A DNA stretch of 64,000 nucleotides from Octopus sinensis (GCF_006345805.1 NC_043002.1:37572001-37636000); one strand, 5' to 3'; positions 13,358-26,325 are shown, counted from the stretch's first letter. Notes: generated from the sequence alone by a model not told the origin. Numbers and translations: made by a program.

Positions 13358-13690
13358 GAAAACATCAAATTTGTATTCTCTTATTTCGCAGATCTGCTCT
13401 TTCTAAATATCTGTCTGCTCTGTAATAATATCCGTATGTTTCTCACTTATTTTACTGGTAAGTTCTGCCACTCAGCACTAAGGGATCGAGCTACTTGTAA
13501 AAACGTCCTGCATGGTAAAATATCATCTACTCATTCGTTGTTACGTAACAAATTAACAACAAAGATCGTTTTACATTAGAAATCGTCGCCATTACTTAAT
13601 AAAAAAAAAAACAATGCATTAATATGTTATATAACAGGCTTGTGAAAAAGTAGTGTTGTTCGAGACTAAGTGGCTGGTATATTTAATTAA

Positions 13691-13990
13691 GTGGAGGTAC
13701 GTAGCCTTGTGGTTAGAGCAGCGGACTCGTGGTCGAGGGATCGCGGGTTCGAATCTGAGACAGGGCGATGTGTGTGTTTATGAGCGAAAAACCTAAGTTC
13801 CACGTGGCTCCGGCAGAAGGTAATGGCGAAATTCTGCTGACTCTTTCGCCACAACTTTCTCTCACTCTTTCCTCCTGCATCTTGCAGCTCACCTGCGACG
13901 GACCGGCGACCCGTCCAGGCGGGGAACCTATACGCCAAGGTAACCGGGAAACCGGCCCTTAAGAGCCAGGCATGGCTCGAGAAGGAACGA
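13691..13990 (+). mobile_element. SINE family A variant, near full length, tRNA-derived head
   Basis: GTGGAGGTACGTAGCCTTGTGGTTAGAGC (A box) and GGGTTCGAATC (B box). The 3' half CTGCGACGGACCGGCG..CCGTCCAGG..GGGAACCTATACGCC is shared with 34213-34400 and 18945-19175. Confidence 0.85.
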
Positions 13991-14415
13991 TTCGAGAAAT
14001 AAAGAGGTATAAAATTAATGTTGCAAAAAGTGAAAAGCTGTTGCCTCTCAAACATATTCGTGAACCGTATCCGTTCAGGCATTTTAATAATGTAAGTACT
14101 CGTTTGTGAATAGGTAACACCGTTGCCCAGCGAGCAATAGGTTTGTGGTTCGTTTCTTTCTCAAGCAGGTGCCCTTTTCTTTTTCGATTCTAAATTGGTC
14201 ATCACCTATGTACAGAGGTTAATACCTTCTGTACAGCACACACACATGGTCACTTCTAGTCCCATCTTACTGGCTGTGACCTTCTCTAGGAACACGCGAA
14301 ATTCGGATTTTCCGATTGGAAACGTTCACTTCGAGTGGAATTAAACATCGCTTACGTTTCCTTCCATTTCTTCCCTTCTCTATTCAGCCTCTCCTCCGAC
14401 TCATGCAAACGCACG

Positions 14416-14457
<42 letters not shown>

Positions 14458-14679
14458 TATGTATGCATACTTAATCGCTTGATCCATATGAATTTGTTTA
14501 AAAGTGGTCAAACATACATACGGGTACATGAAAGGGTATCAGAGTATATGCGTGTTTGAATTTGGAAGTACACTTACTGTTGCAAATACGTGAGCTATGA
14601 AAGGGATGACATCCTAACGTGGTGTGTGCTTGATGCATATTTAAAATGCATGCTGTATTGACCTATCTTACATATTTAA

Positions 14680-14856
14680 AATTAAATGCATGCATACAAA
14701 TATCCACGTACACACGTAAGTACGAATATGTATGAATATATACATATACATACATACATACATACATAAATATATATATATATACACATGCGCGCATATT
14801 TATATTTGAGCTTATGTGTGCGTGTATGTATATATGTGTGCATACACTTGTATGTA

Positions 14857-14906
<50 letters not shown>

Positions 14907-15222
14907 TAACGGTATGGCATACGCTCCACATACATGCATACATACAAATACGCATGTATATGTATGCATATACACGTATTTATATGTATTTATGTATCTG
15001 CATAATCGTGTATACGTAAAAACATCCTTAGATACGGGCTTACATATATTTGTATGTGTGTATATATATATATATATATGTATGTATATATATATGTATA
15101 TATATGTATATATAAGTATATATATGTATATATATGTATATATATGTATATATATGTATATATATGTATATATATTATGTATATATATGTATATATATAT
15201 ATATATGTATATATATGTATAT

Positions 15223-15257
<35 letters not shown>

Positions 15258-15319
15258 ATATATATGCATATATACATACATATATAATTTTATATATGTG
15301 TATGTAATATGTACGAGTA

Positions 15320-15361
<42 letters not shown>

Positions 15362-15365
15362 TAGC
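14680..15365. repeat. (TA)n/(TATATG)n microsatellite-rich tract
   Basis: Read directly from the sequence. Confidence 0.93.
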
Positions 15366-15914
15366 TATTTAAATATATCGTGATCATATTAGTTCGTTCA
15401 TGAATGATGGTGTAACGCTTAGATGAAGGCTTATATCTATTTTATCGCTGTATGAAGTCATGCAAGCAAATAGTTAAATCTTTGCGAATAAACACACACA
15501 CACACACACACACACACATTTGTTGCACTTATATTATATATATAATATATATTTGTGTTGTTGTCGTTGCGGCTGTCGTTTTTGTTGTTGTCTTCATGTA
15601 GAACATTATTCTCGCATTTCGACGTAGCGTTTAATATTGATTCACAATAATGTATAAGCGAGAAAAATGCTGTTGCATTGCAGTGGTTTCTCGGGTCTTA
15701 TCTCGTATGTTTTGGGTGTAAATCCTTAAAGATGTAGCGGTGCGAAAAGAATGAGGATTGGAACATTCATGTGTTGTTTTTTGTTAATCCCTGAGGTATT
15801 AACAACGTGTAGGGATATGAAAGGAAATGAACTGGAAAAAAATGTGTGCGGAGTTGATTCACCGTTAAATTCGGAATATATATGCAAGCATGCATTCATA
15901 AATACATGCATGAA

Positions 15915-15915
15915 T

Positions 15916-15963
<48 letters not shown>

Positions 15964-16332
15964 CGACTAAAGGCGGTGCTCCAGCATGGCCGCAGTCAAA
16001 TGACTGAAACAAGTAAAAGAGTAAAAGAGTATATATATATATATAATATATATATATATACACACACACATATATATACACACACACATATATAATAACA
16101 CACGCATACATATATATATATACACACATATATATACACACATATATATATATATACGTATATATATATATATATACATACACATATATATATACATACA
16201 TAAATACATATATATATATAATATATACACATATATATATATATATTATATACACATATATATACACACACACATATACACAAACACACATATACACACA
16301 CATACACATATATAGACACACACATATATGTG

Positions 16333-16369
<37 letters not shown>

Positions 16370-16389
16370 CATGCACACGCACATATATA
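15915..16389. repeat. (TA)n/(CA)n tract containing a SINE C 3' tail (15962-16030)
   Basis: TCGACTAAAGGCGGTGCTCCAGCATGGCCGCAGTCAAATGACTGAAACAAGTAAAAGAGTAAAAGAG sits within the microsatellite. Confidence 0.9.
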
Positions 16390-16950
16390 CAGGGTTTGGA
16401 CAAAACAATGGAAACACCTAACACCATAGCATCATAATTTTGAAATCTCTATAAAACCGTCAAAAGCTTGTTATTTTTATGTTTTTTGATTTATTATTAG
16501 TGTTGCTTAATATGTTTTGCTAAAATTGCTGTTTCTTTTCAGATATCATCAGGAAAAGGTAATTAAAATTCATTAAAATGACAGATCTATCGGACTTTCA
16601 AAGAGGTCAAATTGTTGGTACTCGTTTGGCATGCGCTAGCGTAACGAAGTACTGCCTCGAAAGTAATGACAGAGAAAGAGGGAAAAACCTTCTCGTCGAA
16701 ACAAAACTCCGGAAGAAAACCAAATCTTTCAGATAGGGACCGTCAGATTATTACACAGATTGTTAGAAAGTATCACAAAAGTACAGCTTCCAAAATTACT
16801 ACAGAGCTTAATGACCACCTCCAGAACCCAGTTTCCACAAAAACTCTTCGCCGGGAGCTGCACAAAGCTGGATTTCACGGGAGGACTGCAATCAGAAAAC
16901 CACTACTTTCAAAACAAACGTTGCAAAGTGTTTAGAGTGGAGTAAAATCT
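16390..16950 (+). mobile_element. Tc1 transposon 5' fragment (TIR plus paired-like HTH region)
   Basis: TA|CAGGGTTTGGACAAAACAATGGAAACACCT TIR. ATG at 16578 gives 'MTDLSDFQRGQIVG', followed by 'SGRKPNLSDRDRQIITQIVRK...VSTKTLRRELHKAGFHGRTAIRKPLLS'. Confidence 0.9.
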
Positions 16951-17824
16951 ACATATGCATGTGCACACAGACTCAAACACACACACACACACGCACTCAC
17001 ACACATATATATATAAGCGTAAGTATATATGAATACATTTTTATAACTATGTATTGCATGTATATATACATTCACCCATACACACAAGCATGACTCTTCT
17101 GAGTTTCGCCAGTAGTAGCTCGTCAGACAGAAATGTACTGTCACCTTGCATTTCAGTGAATGATATATTTAGATTCTGCATGCGTATTGAGTTCTTTGTG
17201 GGATTACTCCTGTATTTTAAAGCTTCTTATAATCCCAAATTTCACGTTAAAGCTCACATAAGCCGGCTGTGAACTTTTCTAACAAGAAACAAAAACTTAT
17301 TTGCCTCAATGGTAAAATAGAACTGATAAGCTGCCGCGAGCGAAACTTTGAAATGATAATCGCCCCGCGTTCGCTTGAAATAAAATACTTCAAGTCTACA
17401 CCTCTGTTAGTCCTTTAAATATGAAAATCAAAACTGTGTTAGATATTGATTTTGTCTTCTACGACGTCGAAACACATATTTCACAAATTTATTATAGATC
17501 TGAATACGGTCGTCTAACATCAATGTTTCTTTGACAACTATTAACGACTTAAATATTCTATCGGAAATCAAAACCGCGTCGAGGACTCGGCTTCGTGCGA
17601 CCTTCTTCTTGATCTACATATACGCACGATGTATATAAATATATATTCTTATGACGTCAAGAATATGTATGTATGTATATATATGTACACACACACACAT
17701 ATATATATACATATATACTAAATGAAGATTTCATCTGAATGAAACAGTTCTAGTCCTGTAGAAGCTCCTTCTATAAAATAATATATATACATATATATAC
17801 TATATATATATATATATTTATATG

Positions 17825-17868
<44 letters not shown>

Positions 17869-17940
17869 TACATATATATATAAATAATATATATATGCAT
17901 ATATAGATACGTATATGTACATCTATGCGTTATATATATA

Positions 17941-17980
<40 letters not shown>

Positions 17981-17984
17981 TTGT

Positions 17985-18100
17985 GGGCACAGGACGCCAC
18001 GAAACATGTACAACAAAAAAATACGAAACACGAGTACCTGGAACATGAACTATTCTTTCGAACAACGAAAGACACAAATAGAAAACAAAAATATACATCG
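17985..18100. mobile_element. Repeat family F (PLE-like terminal fragment), diverged
   Basis: GGGCACAGGACGCCAC...CAACAAAAAAATACGAAAC resembles 19932-20095 and 43971-44070. Confidence 0.45.
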
Positions 18101-18199
18101 TTGACGTCATAAGAATTAAGAAATTTCGACATGAATGTGTGAAATAATTATAAATATATATTATATATATATATAATATATATATATATATATGGAACA

Positions 18200-18370
18200 A
18201 TCGAGACCCTGGTATTTATTTCTTAAGCCTAGTACTTTTCTGTCGGTCCCTTTTGCTGAACCGCTAAGTTACAGGGAAGCAAATATCGGTTGTCAAGCGA
18301 TGATGGTGGCGAGGGAGGGGGACAAACGCTGACACAATGACACACATTCACATACATACATACACACACA

Positions 18371-18425
<55 letters not shown>

Positions 18426-18605
18426 TATATATATAATACATAAAAATATACGACGGGCTTCTTTCAGTTTCTGTCTCCCAAATTCACTCCCAAGGCTTTG
18501 GTCGGCGCGAGGATAGAGTAGACGACATTTGCACATGGAGTCAACGCTGTAGGACTGAACTCGGAAACATGTTGTTTGGAAGCAAGCTTCTTACCACACA
18601 GCTAC
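18200..18605 (-). mobile_element. SINE family C with internal (TA)n expansion
   Basis: CTAGTACTTT.TCTGTCGGTC..TTTTGCTGAACCGCTAAGTTAC...CGACGGGCTTCTTTCAGTTTC...GGACTGAACTCGGAAACATG..GCAAGCTTCTTACCACACAGC. Confidence 0.88.
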
Positions 18606-18944
18606 GCAACACACATGCGCGCGCACACACACATTCTTGACTTCCTCTTTTCAATTTAGAGTAAATTTTGACCTGCCATCTACTAAATTTTGACCTGCCA
18701 TCTACTTGTGAAAGAAAATGTCTTGTTTAAACCTTCATCTTTTAAATCTTAAGAAGGTCTTGTAAATTTTTATAGTCCCTGGTATTATAGCAGAAACAGC
18801 TGTTAGGTAATGAAGCAGTCCCAATACCAGAGCTATGTGCTTGAGGATAAACTCGTAGCTTCTTCTTAATCCCTGTTGCGTTAATTTCATTCCGTTTAAT
18901 GCTCTGTATATGCCCCACGCATTATTCTGACGCATATGTTGTGA

Positions 18945-19175
18945 AGGCGCCTGGCTTAGTGGTTAGGGTGTTGGTCTCATTACTGTAAGATCGTGGTTTC
19001 GATTCCTGGACCAGGGGACGCGTTTGTGTTCTTGAGCAAAACACTTCATTTCACATTGCTCCAGTCCACTCAGCTGGCAAAAATGAGTAATCCTGCGACG
19101 GACCGGCGGCCTGCCCAGGAGGGGAATATACGCGCCATGGAAACCTGAAAACCGGGAACCGGAAAATCGGCCCTT
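18945..19175 (+). mobile_element. SINE family A
   Basis: GGCGCCTGGCTTAGTGGTTAGGGTG (A box), GGTTTCGATTCC (B box), TGTGTTCTTGAGCAAAACACT, CTCCAGTCCACTCAGCTGGCAAAAATGAGT. Confidence 0.88.
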
Positions 19176-19931
19176 TTGAATCGGAACGACTGGAGAAAGA
19201 AACTTTACCGTTTTATTTACGTGTGTTGAATTCTAAAAGCAGGTTATTAATATCGTAATACCTAATCAAAAGCTTCATCGGTGTACGCACGCGCGTGACG
19301 TCGGTGTGTGTGTGTATAATTATATATTCATACGTATGTACTTATAAACATAAACATTATAATACTGGTTTCAAGCAGTTAGATGTGGTCACGTTCCGTT
19401 ACTATCCGAATGACGTAAAAGTCAACCTCTGAACGTACAGCCTTCGAGATCTTTTCTGTTACTTGCTTTTCCTTTGGCATTCTTCCTTCTAGATGTTTTC
19501 TTTTTAGTCTTTTAGCTTTAAGTTAAATTACAAACGGTGAACTACAAAGATAACTAAATAACTTATCGTGGCATTCACCCGGTAAAATAAAAACAGGAAG
19601 AAAACAACGAAAACCAAAACTATCAGCGAGTGTTCGTTATTCGAACTGGAACTAGAGTTTAATCGTGTGTGTGTGTGTGTGTGTGTATACACATATATAT
19701 ACAGGCAAATTTGATCATGATGTGATTTGAACCTAGAATGCTGAGAGCTAGGCGTCTCATATACGTAAGTGTTTGCCGCTGATATATATATTTTATATAT
19801 TAATTTATAAATTCATATATACATATATATAAATATAATAACAATTTAATAAATAAAACATATACATACATACATACATACATACATATATGTACATACC
19901 TACATCTATATGTATGTATACATGCATATAT

Positions 19932-20092
19932 GAGGACAGGACACCACAAATAAACGTAGAACACAACGAGAAACGAAAACATAAAATCAAACAAGGAAAC
20001 GGACTTTTGTTAAAACGAAAAAACAGAGTACAAGACAAACAATACAAGGAACATTCCCATTCTTCAGCTGCCCCTGTTTCGACTCAATGCGT

Positions 20093-20095
<3 letters not shown>
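19932..20095. mobile_element. Repeat family F (PLE-like terminal fragment)
   Basis: Collinear with 43971-44070 and with the reverse complements of 44575-44745 and 46990-47140. Confidence 0.65.
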
Positions 20096-20142
<47 letters not shown>

Positions 20143-20144
<2 letters not shown>

Positions 20145-20312
20145 TATTTTATTTGTTTCAGTTCATTTGACAGCGGCCACGCTGAGCACCGCCTTTAATC
20201 GAACAAATCGACCCCAGGATTTATTCTTTGAAAGCCTGGTACTGATCCTGGTACTGCCTAGTGAAATTGAGCTCTGAACTATGTGGTTATAACACAGCCA
20301 AGCCTTCGCCTC
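20143..20312 (-). mobile_element. SINE family C, internally deleted
   Basis: Tail CTTATTTTATTTGTTTCAGTTCATTTGACAGCGGCCACGCTGAGCACCGCC, then a head fragment GAACTATGTGGTTATAACACAGCCA. Confidence 0.7.
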
Positions 20313-20337
20313 TGTGTGTGTGTTCTTGCATATATAC

Positions 20338-20937
20338 TTTTCTACTCTAGGCACAAGGCACGAATTTTTTAGGGAGGCTGCCAGTCGATTAGATCAAGCC
20401 CAGTACGGTACTGGTACTCAATTTATCGACCCCGAAAGGATGAAAGGCAAAGTCGACCACGGCGGGATTTGAACTCAGAATGTAAAGACAGACGTTAGCA
20501 CCCGGCGTACTAACGTTTCTTATTTCTTTATTACTCACAAGGGGCTAAATATAGAGGGGACAAACAAGGACAGACAAAGGGATTAAGTCGATTACATAGA
20601 CCCCAGTGCGTAACTGGTACTTATTTAATAGACCCCGAAAGGATGAAAGGCAAAGTTGACCTCGGCGGAATTTGAACTCAGAACATAACGGCAGACGAAA
20701 TACCTATTTCTTTACTACCCACAAGGGGCTAAACACAGAGGGGACAAACAATAACAGACAAACGGATTAAGTCGATTACATCGATTCCAGTGCATAACTG
20801 GTACTTATTTAATCGACCCCGAAAGGATGGAAGGCAAAGTCGATCTCGGCGGAATTTGAACTCAGAACGTAACGGCAGACGAAATACCGCTAAGCATTTC
20901 ACTCGGTGTGCTAACGTCTGTGCGCGCTCGCCGCCTT
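20338..20937 (-). mobile_element. SINE family B, trimeric (three tandem bodies)
   Basis: Three repeats of GACCCCGAAAGGATG(G)AA(A)GGCAAAGT.GA.C.CGGCGG.ATTTGAACTCAGAA, with a single head (CGCTCGCCGCCTT) at 20925-20937. Confidence 0.9.
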
Positions 20938-21401
20938 TGTACTTGCATACATATCCAGAAGGTTTAACATGTCTACTTTTAAAGTGTTGATATTAATATA
21001 AATTTAATGATCATATGAAAGACACCTGCTGTCGAACCTTACGACGATGTACAGCTTCTCTTTTAAATATATATAAAACCTGTTCATAGAATTTAACCAT
21101 ATTAAAGATATGACATTTCTTGGAATATACCCTTGTTATTGTAGTATACATCGCTATTAATTAATATTCATGAACCAAATCAGCACTTGTCACACTGAGG
21201 ATCAAACTATAAATTAAGTTGATAAATTACCGATTCAATTATTTATACTAACCGCCATCAAAATTGCTCAATAAATATTAATAAAGCAAATATTAATTGT
21301 CTTATGTTTGGTTTCATGCTCTAATAACGTGGCTTTATTCAAGGGAGAGTATAAATACATTGATTGTATTCTTTGTCTGGTTTAGTCAGCGGAGGACGCA
21401 A

Positions 21402-21545
21402 AATAGCTGAATGGTTAAGAAGTTTGTTTCTCAATCATGCGGTTCTGGGTTCGGTTTCCTGGGAAGTGTGTTTTTAAATTTCCTTTAATTAGCCTCGGAT
21501 CGCCCTGCTTGTGAGTGAAACCGGGTAGATGGGAACTGTGTGAAC
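21402..21545 (+). mobile_element. SINE family C head, degraded
   Basis: AGCTGAATGGTTAAGAAGTTTG.TTCTCAATCATGCGGTTCTGGGTTCGGTTTCC...CCTGCTTGTGAGTGAA. Confidence 0.55.
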
Positions 21546-21975
21546 GCCCATCAATCAGATAGACTGTATCTGCAAATTCAAATGGCCAACCTTGACACAC
21601 GATTTGTCATGCTAATCGCGCCTAATTCTGCCTGTGGGATACTCAGCCACTTACATGCTCGTTTAGTTGATCGAACAACTAAACATTCATCGTCGAAACG
21701 GGCAACAATCCATTTACTCCACGGTAAAAATGTTTGCACCGTTTACCCTGTTTGCGGTTACCATGCTTTGCAAACAGAAATGGAAAATTTTATCATCAAG
21801 ATAGATTTGGCTCGTATGCTTGCAACAGAATAGATTCCGCTGATCGTATTTAAGATGTAGTGAAGGTGTTAACCCAGTCAAGGGATTAAATCTCTACCCT
21901 ACATACAATTCATGTTTGCTTTCTCACATTCTTTCCGCATGTATCTCGAGGATCCAATAGATTTTTATTCTGTTG

Positions 21976-22297
21976 TGTCTGGAGAGAGTCATTTTCTTTT
22001 TGTGCCTTATTATTTAACACACTCACCGGTAAAATTTCCACTTATTTCTTATTTTTATTTTCCTAAAATTTTCGTTGCGTCTTGCAACCTTTTCAATAAA
22101 ACTATTGAAAAGGTTGCAAGACGCAACGAAAATTTTAGGAAAATAAAAATAAGAAATAAGTGGAAATTTTACCGGTGATTGTGTTAAATAATAAGGCACA
22201 AAAAGAAAATGACTCTCTCCAGACAACAGAATATGCTTCAACACACGAACTCAAAGAATCTTGCAAACCAAATCCAAAAACGAAATAGATTTTTAAT
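21976..22297. mobile_element. Foldback/MITE-like palindromic element, 123-bp arms
   Basis: 21976-22098 is the reverse complement of 22103-22225 with one mismatch, around a 4-nt loop AAAC. The right arm continues to about 22297 and matches the family copies at 31168 and 6478. Confidence 0.92.
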
Positions 22298-22976
22298 TGA
22301 TAGCTTTATTATACATTGCATCTATCGGTTAAAACATCATAGGTACGAAACACATCATGACCTACAAACAGAGATTCCCTAGTAGCATTATAAGTCCCTA
22401 CGCACGTCACTGCAGTGGGTCGTTTAGTATTTATTTATTCATTGACAGCATACCACAGCATGCATAGATTAAAATTGGGGCCGCTGGACCCATGAGGCCT
22501 CCAGGCAATTACCCAGTATAGGTGGTGCCTTAAGGCGACTCTACTTGCAAAGATCATAGGCTCAGTCCTTTCCTTCACTTCCTAATACTAAACTCCACAA
22601 AAAAAAAAAAAATAAATAAATAAATAAAAAAGAACAGCCTCACTCTGCAACAACAATAATAAAAAAACACCAGAGAAAAAAACAAACAAATGTTATTTCT
22701 TCAATGAAAGCTTGTGGGTGTTATGTGATTATGCTTGATGAAGAGTAGAGATATGAAAATAAATTTTCTAAATTCTTTATAAGCATAGGGTATGTTAAGA
22801 AAACATGCCGTGTCTTTAAAACAATTTACTTAAAGATATTGGGGATGAGTGAAAAAAGCTGGTTTCAAGGAAGAAGAAGAAAGCTTTGTATTAAGTAACG
22901 GAAATATTTGTATACGGACATGTGTGTTGTTTTTCAAATCTCTCACAGAAGAGAGTATTTTTTTTCCTTTCAGTAG

Positions 22977-23055
22977 TTTGACCCGGAAGAGGTGGTTGTG
23001 TCTATGACCTTGAAAGACCATGGAGAATATGAAGTGGTTGGTGTTCGTCTTGATG
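22977..23055 (+). CDS. Candidate internal host exon (FDPEEVVVSMTLKDHGEYEVVGVRLD), protein not recognised
   Basis: Strong polypyrimidine tract plus NAGNAG acceptor (TATTTTTTTTCCTTTCAGTAG). One open frame with protein-like composition. The donor G|GTTGGG is weak. No homology evidence. Confidence 0.3.
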
Positions 23056-23840
23056 GTTGGGTTGGGCTTTAACTTTAGACTCTTTCTTTAACAAAGGAAG
23101 TTCTAACAAGCACTGTGTATATGCCATAATGCCTAAACTCTGAATTTTTTAAGGTGAAAAAACAAACAAACAAACAAACAAAACAAAAACAACAAACAAA
23201 AAACTAAACAAAGAAAAAAAAACTAAGCTAACAAGCAAAAACAAGGATACGTGACGTTCATAACTATTCCAAGGACATTTTTAACATAAAGTGAATTAGC
23301 ATCTATTGGAAATCGAAACTGCGTTACTGACTCAGCTTGCTACAAATCTCCACCTACTCGGTAGTTTCACTCGTAACCATAGTATAACTGTAGCAGCAAA
23401 AAGAGATTTTCGTGGTTGCCCTACCTGCCAGATAAGACACGTAGACACTAAGACTATTGGCCCAAGTCGAAGAGCTTGGTATAAGGGTGGGGATCGCATG
23501 TTGGAGAAGAAAAAGACAACCAGAAAACAGCAGATGAGGGCCTAGAGAAATGCATCGATAATGGTCACACGTTTCTGTTGACACCCCCTTCAAATCCACA
23601 TGCATATACAAACACATTCATAGATGTGTCTTTATACACACATCCGCACGCATAGAAATCGCCCCCTCTCCCGTTCCTGACTATATAAATATATCTGTAT
23701 GTATGTACCACACACACACACAACACACACACACACACACACACACATACACACACACACATATAGACACCACCCACACATATAGAACACACACAACACA
23801 CATATAGACACACCACACACACACACCACACACACCCACA

Positions 23841-23879
<39 letters not shown>

Positions 23880-24688
23880 TATTATTTATATTTAAATCAT
23901 GAGGGAGATAAATTGAATATTAATTTAATTAATATCAATTTAAAACCAGTAGCCTAGCATACAAAATCTGAAAAATCAGAGAAAATTCTAATGCATGTGT
24001 ATATTTAAATATACACATATATAATATAATATATTATAGATATATAATGTATATAGATATATATATGTATATATATATGTGTGTGATATTATATACCTTT
24101 ATGTGTGTGTTACGTGTTTCTCTAAATCCTTGGTGTGTGTGTGAGTGTGCGAGTGATAGGATAGGAACGTGAGATGTGTATTTTTTCAAAGTCTCCATAT
24201 ACGTGTGTACGTACATACATACGTACATACATACATGTGTGTGTGTGTGTGTGTGTGTGTTTGATAATATTCGACATCACGTAATTTGAATTATAAAGAA
24301 AACTATACTGATGTACAAAAGTGTTACACGTATCTTTTACTGTTCAATTTTGTTTGATTGATTAGATTGTATTTATATAGGATATAGGTCGGTCTTCTTG
24401 TGATCTATCTTGAAGAATTGTATTTTTTTACGGAGTTACTACGTAAATTCAAATTACGTAGTCGCTGACGTTTATATATAGATATTCAACTGAGATTCAG
24501 TCCTTATATGGATTCCTACATTCATTGATAATATGAGCAGTGTGCTCCTGAGCATAAATGTGTATATGTATCTATGTATGATCATATATATATATATATA
24601 TATATATATAACTATAGATATATATATAGATATACGTATATATATATATGTCTATATATATACCTATATATATGTATGTATACACACA

Positions 24689-24722
<34 letters not shown>

Positions 24723-25246
24723 ACTATGTGTATGCATGTAACAACGTCAGCATGCATGTGTGTGCACGGGCGTGCGTGTATTTATAAATGCCGTTCATTT
24801 TGAATCTATGATCGGAAATCCTTACTAAGCAGGTTTTATTGCTATTCTTAAACTGTCTTTCAATGATTATTCAGAACTGAGGTACCCCTGGCATCTTAAC
24901 ACACAGACTCACGTGCGCGCACACCTACACTCAAACACACAGACGTGTACGTACACCAATGCGTACAAACACACACACACAAAAATACACGCACACATAC
25001 AGTCGCAGCCAGTTTCTCTAACTTAGAGGATAGTGTCTTTCAGTAATTTCTCTCCTTTCAACTTTACACTGAAGAAAGACTCTTTCCGAAACGTTGGATT
25101 TCCCACACTCCATAGCAAGTTCATTGCACTCTTTTTATCGATTTTACTAACAAATACAAGTCTTAGAGAGACAGCACAACACAAGTCTCCCTGGTGTCTG
25201 CATATACACACATATATATATATACATACATTTACACACATGTATG

Positions 25247-25264
<18 letters not shown>

Positions 25265-25277
<13 letters not shown>

Positions 25278-25600
25278 CTTCGCTCTTATACGCCATTTGG
25301 TCTCAACTCTCCCCCCTCATCATCTAACCCCCCTCTCCCCCCTCCTCACCTATCCTTTCTCCCCCCGACCCCTACTTCTTCAGTCCTTCATCCTTTCACC
25401 CCTACTCCCCTTCCCTTCTCCCTCTTTCTCCCTCCCTCTTCCCCTTCCCTCTGCTCCCTCTCCCCTCACTCCCTCTCTCCCCCTTCTCCTCCCCCTCTCC
25501 CTCTTCCTCCTTCATCCCCCCCCTCCCCTTCTCCCCCATCCTCACCTCTTTCCCCTCCCCTTCTCCCCCCTCTTCTCCCCTCCCCCTCTTCTCCTCACTA
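25265..25600 (+). repeat. Polypyrimidine (C/T) low-complexity tract
   Basis: Almost exclusively C and T on the + strand. Confidence 0.93.
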
Positions 25601-25654
25601 CACCACATGACTTTACACATCACATCACATATGATGTGCCATACTATACACACA

Positions 25655-25990
25655 CCAACTAATACATACTAATACGTACTAATACATACATACATACTAG
25701 TACATACTAATACTACACCAACCCTATACATACACACGTCCAGACCCCGCATACGCACTTATACTCTCTCACACACACACACACCACCTATACATACCAA
25801 TACGTACTAATACATACTAATACATACTAATACATACACCAACCCCATACATACGCACGTCCAGACCAATCCTACGCACTAATACTCTCTCATACACCAC
25901 CACACACACACACACACACCCTTATACATACTAATACATACACCAACCCTATACATACACACATCCAGACCCCTCCCACGCACTTTTAGC
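25655..25990 (+). repeat. ~115-120 bp tandem repeat x3 built from (TACATACTAA)n plus CACCAACCCTATACATACACACGTCCAGACC
   Basis: The CACCAACCC.ATACATAC.CAC.TCCAGACC core recurs near 25716, 25838 and 25940. Confidence 0.85.
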
Positions 25991-26079
25991 TGGTCCCTCA
26001 ACCCATTTATCAACCCTATTATCTCCCCTTATTTCGCTCTCGCGTCTCATGTTTGATCTTTGACCTCTGGCCGAAATCA

Positions 26080-26290
26080 GATCGCCATGTTGATCGTTAG
26101 CTACTGCACGCATTTTTTTTTTCTCTCCTTCTTTCTGTGTTTTCTCTCTCTGTGTATCTTCTGTTGAAGAGCGTAGGCTCGAAACGTTAAAGACTTGTTT
26201 TATTTATATTTCTGAGCGCCATACTAATACAATTGTTCGTTTGTTTTCCACCTGCCTTCGTCTTTTGTTTATTTTCATAAAGCTTCCCGT
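26080..26290 (+). mobile_element. PLE-like terminal repeat, family E, carrying a hammerhead-like motif
   Basis: CGCCATG.TGATCGTTAGC..C..CAC...GAAGAGCGTAGGCTCGAAACGT...CTGAGCG..ATACTAATAC. Other copies at 29635-29830(-), 34441-34645(-) and 50095-50265(+). Confidence 0.75.
26161..26194 (+). ncRNA. Minimal type-I hammerhead ribozyme-like motif (CUGUUGA variant)
   Basis: CTGTTGA-A-GAGC(GTAG)GCTC-GAAAC-GTT-AAAGAC. Confidence 0.6.

Positions 26291-26325
<35 letters not shown>

Noticed and set aside
13691-13775. tRNA-like sequences at SINE heads (also 18945, 42412, 49061)
   Set aside because: They have A/B boxes but continue into SINE bodies and lack a complete acceptor stem, so they are not called tRNA genes.
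18640-18935. Coding-like minus-strand frames and a 22-bp tandem duplication (AAATTTTGACCTGCCATCTACT x2)
   Set aside because: No recognisable motif. The duplication is an ordinary slippage event.
25033-25662. 209-aa Pro/Leu/Ser-rich ORF and its Gly/Glu/Arg-rich antisense ORF
   Set aside because: They arise from a C/T low-complexity tract and show no domain signature.
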